Below are positions 61,417-64,000 of a DNA stretch of 64,000 nt, one piece after another. Every line of letters begins with the position of its first letter. Within the stretch, counting starts at the first letter, position 1. Source of the DNA: Sphaerodactylus townsendi (Eukaryota); assembly GCF_021028975.2 (NCBI RefSeq), contig NC_059428.1, positions 149,234,001-149,298,000 of the forward strand, written 5' to 3'. A program made the position numbers and the translations under genes. The notes beneath the pieces were generated by a model, which saw nothing but the letters and a program-made list of their open reading frames with translations, was not told the origin of the DNA and ran no database searches.

Positions 61417-62108
61417 TTAGGGAGCTGGGGATGTTTAGCCTGGAGAAAATAAAGGTAAAAAGTGACATGATAGCTGTAAGGTTGTGGGTTGATATGTGTT
61501 TCTGTTCAGCCAGCCTGGCCTTGGAACATTCCTCGATCTGGGCTGTCTGCCCAGGATGGCCGTGTTAGTTAACCTTGCTGTCTGCGCTTATCATATATGT
61601 TTGAAGCTTGCCTTTTTCTATCGTGGAAATTCTAGATGGGAGTTTGGGGAGGAGCTGTGTTGCCCGTAAAAGAGGCAACCTGATCTGGGGAAGGTCAGAA
61701 TCTGCATTCCGTGTATGTGTATCATGAAGTTTATCGAAATAAAGAACTCTTCAAAGTTACTTGATTTCTGGTCCTTCGAGGTTCCTTACAATAGCCATGA
61801 TTCAATGTTTGAAGCGATATGCACTGAAGATGGAGCAAGCTTGTTTTCCGCTGCTCCAGAGACTGGGGCAATTCAAGGTATGGGAAAAGAGATCCAATCT
61901 AAACATTAGGAATAACTTTCTGACTGACAGGGCTGTTCGACAGAGGAATAGGCTGCCTCAGAGGGTGGTGGAGTCTCCTTCTTTGCAGGTTTTTAGAGAG
62001 AGGCCGGATGGCCATCTGTCAGGAGTGCTTTGATTGTGTGTTCCTGCATGGCAGGGGGTTGGACTTGATGGCCCTTGGGGGTCTCTTCCAACTCTAGGAT
62101 TCTGTGAT
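61415..62108 (+). mobile_element. CR1 LINE 3' fragment interrupted by a solo LTR
   Basis: AGGGAGCTGGGGATGTTTAG..GTGACATGATAGC, resumes after 61795; CR1 tail at about 62105. Confidence 0.85.
61475..61790 (+). mobile_element. Solo LTR, Gypsy-like
   Basis: TGTAAGG...CCTTACA termini, perfect 5-bp TSD ATAGC, internal AATAAA. Confidence 0.85.
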
Positions 62109-63033
62109 GCCCCATCTCAGATACTGGAGTTTGATGGGATGGTGGGAGGAAATTCCTTGCAACCTCCTTGCAGTTCTCTGTGTCTGGGGCAGTATGGGGC
62201 TGGGGCGGGGGGGGGGGAATCTCTAAAATCCAGCTCCCAGGTAAGAGGGAGAATTCTGGGGCAGCTCTCCCCAAAGGAAGCGAGGGCTGCATGTCACATG
62301 AACAGGAAGGGGGGACAGCTCGAGTGTGTGTGTGTGTCTCAGAAGCCCCTTGGACCAGAATCCTGTGCTCTGTCGGGGGGGGGGGGGGGGCAAAGCTGAC
62401 TATACCATGTTCTCAGACTGAAGGGGCTTTTCTCTGGGATGGTTCCCCCCTGGAGAACTGGGCCCACCTGCCAGGTAGCAGCAACATCACAGAGCCTCAA
62501 AGTAATTAGGAGGCTTGGGAGGGGAACTGTGCCGCCCCCAAGATGGCAGAGGAGGCGGAAGAGTCCTGCCACCTCTGGGTTCTATCTTCTCTGAGCTCTG
62601 GGGGGCAGCGGAAAACCCCTGCTCAGAATCAGGAGAGAGGAGGCCGTTCGCAGTTAATGGGTCCCTCCCAATCGCCACTCAATGTGCAGCTGATTAGAGC
62701 CATTGTCTGTGCATGCAAATCTGCACCGTGGTTACTATGCAGAACCGGGCTTGGCAGGAGGGATAAAGTGCAGCCATCTTGAGCTGCTCTGGGGAAGATT
62801 CACAGCACTGCGGACCAAGGGGGAACCGGGGAGGTCAGCGTATGTTGTGTTTCCTTTAACAGCAAGGGCAGACCGGATTGCCACTCCGCCTCCTGTCAAA
62901 ACAGAGGGTGTGAAATGGCTCAACGGGGGGGGGGGGGGGCCCCCTTTGCCTTGCAAGCCAGTGGAGAAGCTGAGATTCTGGTTCTGGAGGGTTTCCCAGG
63001 GGGCTGTGTGGCCGTGGTCTGTTGAATTTTGTT

Positions 63034-63074
63034 CCTAACGTTTCACCTGCATCTGTGGCTGGCATCTTCAGAGG
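63034..63074 (-). ncRNA. Minimal type I hammerhead ribozyme motif, opposite-strand copy
   Basis: Reverse complement reads CCTCTGAAGATGCC..AGGTGAAACGTTAGG. Confidence 0.6.
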
Positions 63075-63191
63075 CGTATCACAGAGGAGAAGTCTGTTTC
63101 TCACTGTGTCTAAGTGAGAAGGGAGACACAGTGAGAAACATTATGAAACACACTTAGACACAGTGAGAAACAGACTTTTCTCTGTGATACG

Positions 63192-63232
63192 CCTCTGAAG
63201 ATGCCAGCCACAGATGCAGGCGAAACGTTAGG
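63192..63232 (+). ncRNA. Minimal type I hammerhead ribozyme motif (Penelope-associated)
   Basis: CUGAAGA core, stem II GCC/GGC, GAAA, palindromic AACGUU stem III, stem I CCU/AGG. Confidence 0.65.
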
Positions 63233-63470
63233 AACAAGATCCACCAGACCACGGCCACACAGCCAGGAAAACCCACCAGAACCAGTTGAATCCGTCCGTG
63301 AAAGCCTTCGACAATAAGCTGAGATTCGTTCCCGGGGTGGGGGGTGGGGTGGGGTGGAGCCAGGAGTCAGGGGGTTCTTTTGTGCACCTCTCTGTGGGGA
63401 GGGTTCTCTCCTTGCGGCATCTCTGCAGGCAAACCTGGAGGCCTGGACTCAGCCAAGCACACCCCCCAGT

Positions 63471-63615
63471 TCCTCCCAGGTTCTCTCAGGACTCTCTCAG
63501 CCCCATCTTTCTCCCACGGGGTCTGTGGTGGGGAGAGGAAGGGAAAAGGAGTTTGTCAGCCCCTTTGAGTCTCCTTAAAGGCAGAGAAAAGCAGGGCATA
63601 AAAATCAACACTTCT
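63471..63615 (+). mobile_element. Squam3-type SINE 3' fragment
   Basis: CTCTCAGCCCCA..GTCAGCCCCTTTGAGTCTCC matches the 3' half of the other copies. Confidence 0.65.
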
Positions 63616-64000
63616 TGTAAAATTTGCAAGGCAGACCATTTTCCCCAGTAGCCGAGGTCGGAGACACTGGGCGCCATTCTGGGAGCATATCTGAGCCCTC
63701 AGTCCTAAGGCCCGGCCGCAGGGCGTGCACGTGTGTGGGGGGCTTCTCGCGAGTTGTTCCCTTCCTGATGCATTATCTCCTGTTGGTCCTCCCCCTCCCA
63801 TATTCTCCAGGGAAGCCATAAATAAAGCCCCTGGCAAGACAGTTACTCAGCGGGGCTCTAATAGGTTACACTTGACCATTAAATTATCCTTTGCTGAAAA
63901 CTTATTTAGCAGGAGGGATGAGGAAGGAACCGCTCTGTGAACGGTCCATTAATCCCACCATGTACCACTTGTCATAAACGTAGACTCCCTTCTTCCTGGC

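Larger units (their letters stand above)
62977..63315. mobile_element. Penelope-like element remnant: inverted pseudo-LTR pair
   Basis: ~140-bp inverted arms, each containing CCT-CTGAAGA-TGCC..GG(C/T)-GAAACGTT-AGG. Confidence 0.75.

Overview
Vertebrate genomic DNA, very probably a squamate and most likely a gecko, judged from tRNA-headed MIR/CORE-derived Squam3-type SINEs, CR1 LINEs and squamate-type hAT MITEs. The first 20 kb is a compact three-gene block with the same order and orientation as human 16p12.1: IL4R (minus, 9 coding exons, about 669 aa), NSMCE1 (plus, 7 coding exons, about 264 aa) and KDM8/JMJD5 (minus, 7 coding exons, about 425 aa). All three exon models were rebuilt by hand with consistent splice phases. 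I found no host gene in the remaining ~44 kb, which is rich in mobile DNA. It holds a 6.5-kb class II (betaretrovirus-like) provirus with a 6-bp TSD, gag, a dUTPase remnant, no recognisable RT and an avian-leukosis-virus-like env TM. It also holds a solo LTR of that family, a full-length chromodomain-bearing Ty3/Gypsy element with a 5-bp TSD, further solo LTRs, a Penelope-like inverted repeat with two minimal hammerhead motifs, and a 172-N gap. The most interesting items are the alpharetrovirus-like env in a lizard ERV, an atypical ACA/GTTAAGT donor in NSMCE1, probable 5' and 3' transcript overlaps among the three genes, and an IL4R tail lacking the NPxY and ITIM motifs. Family assignments come from remembered motifs, not database searches.
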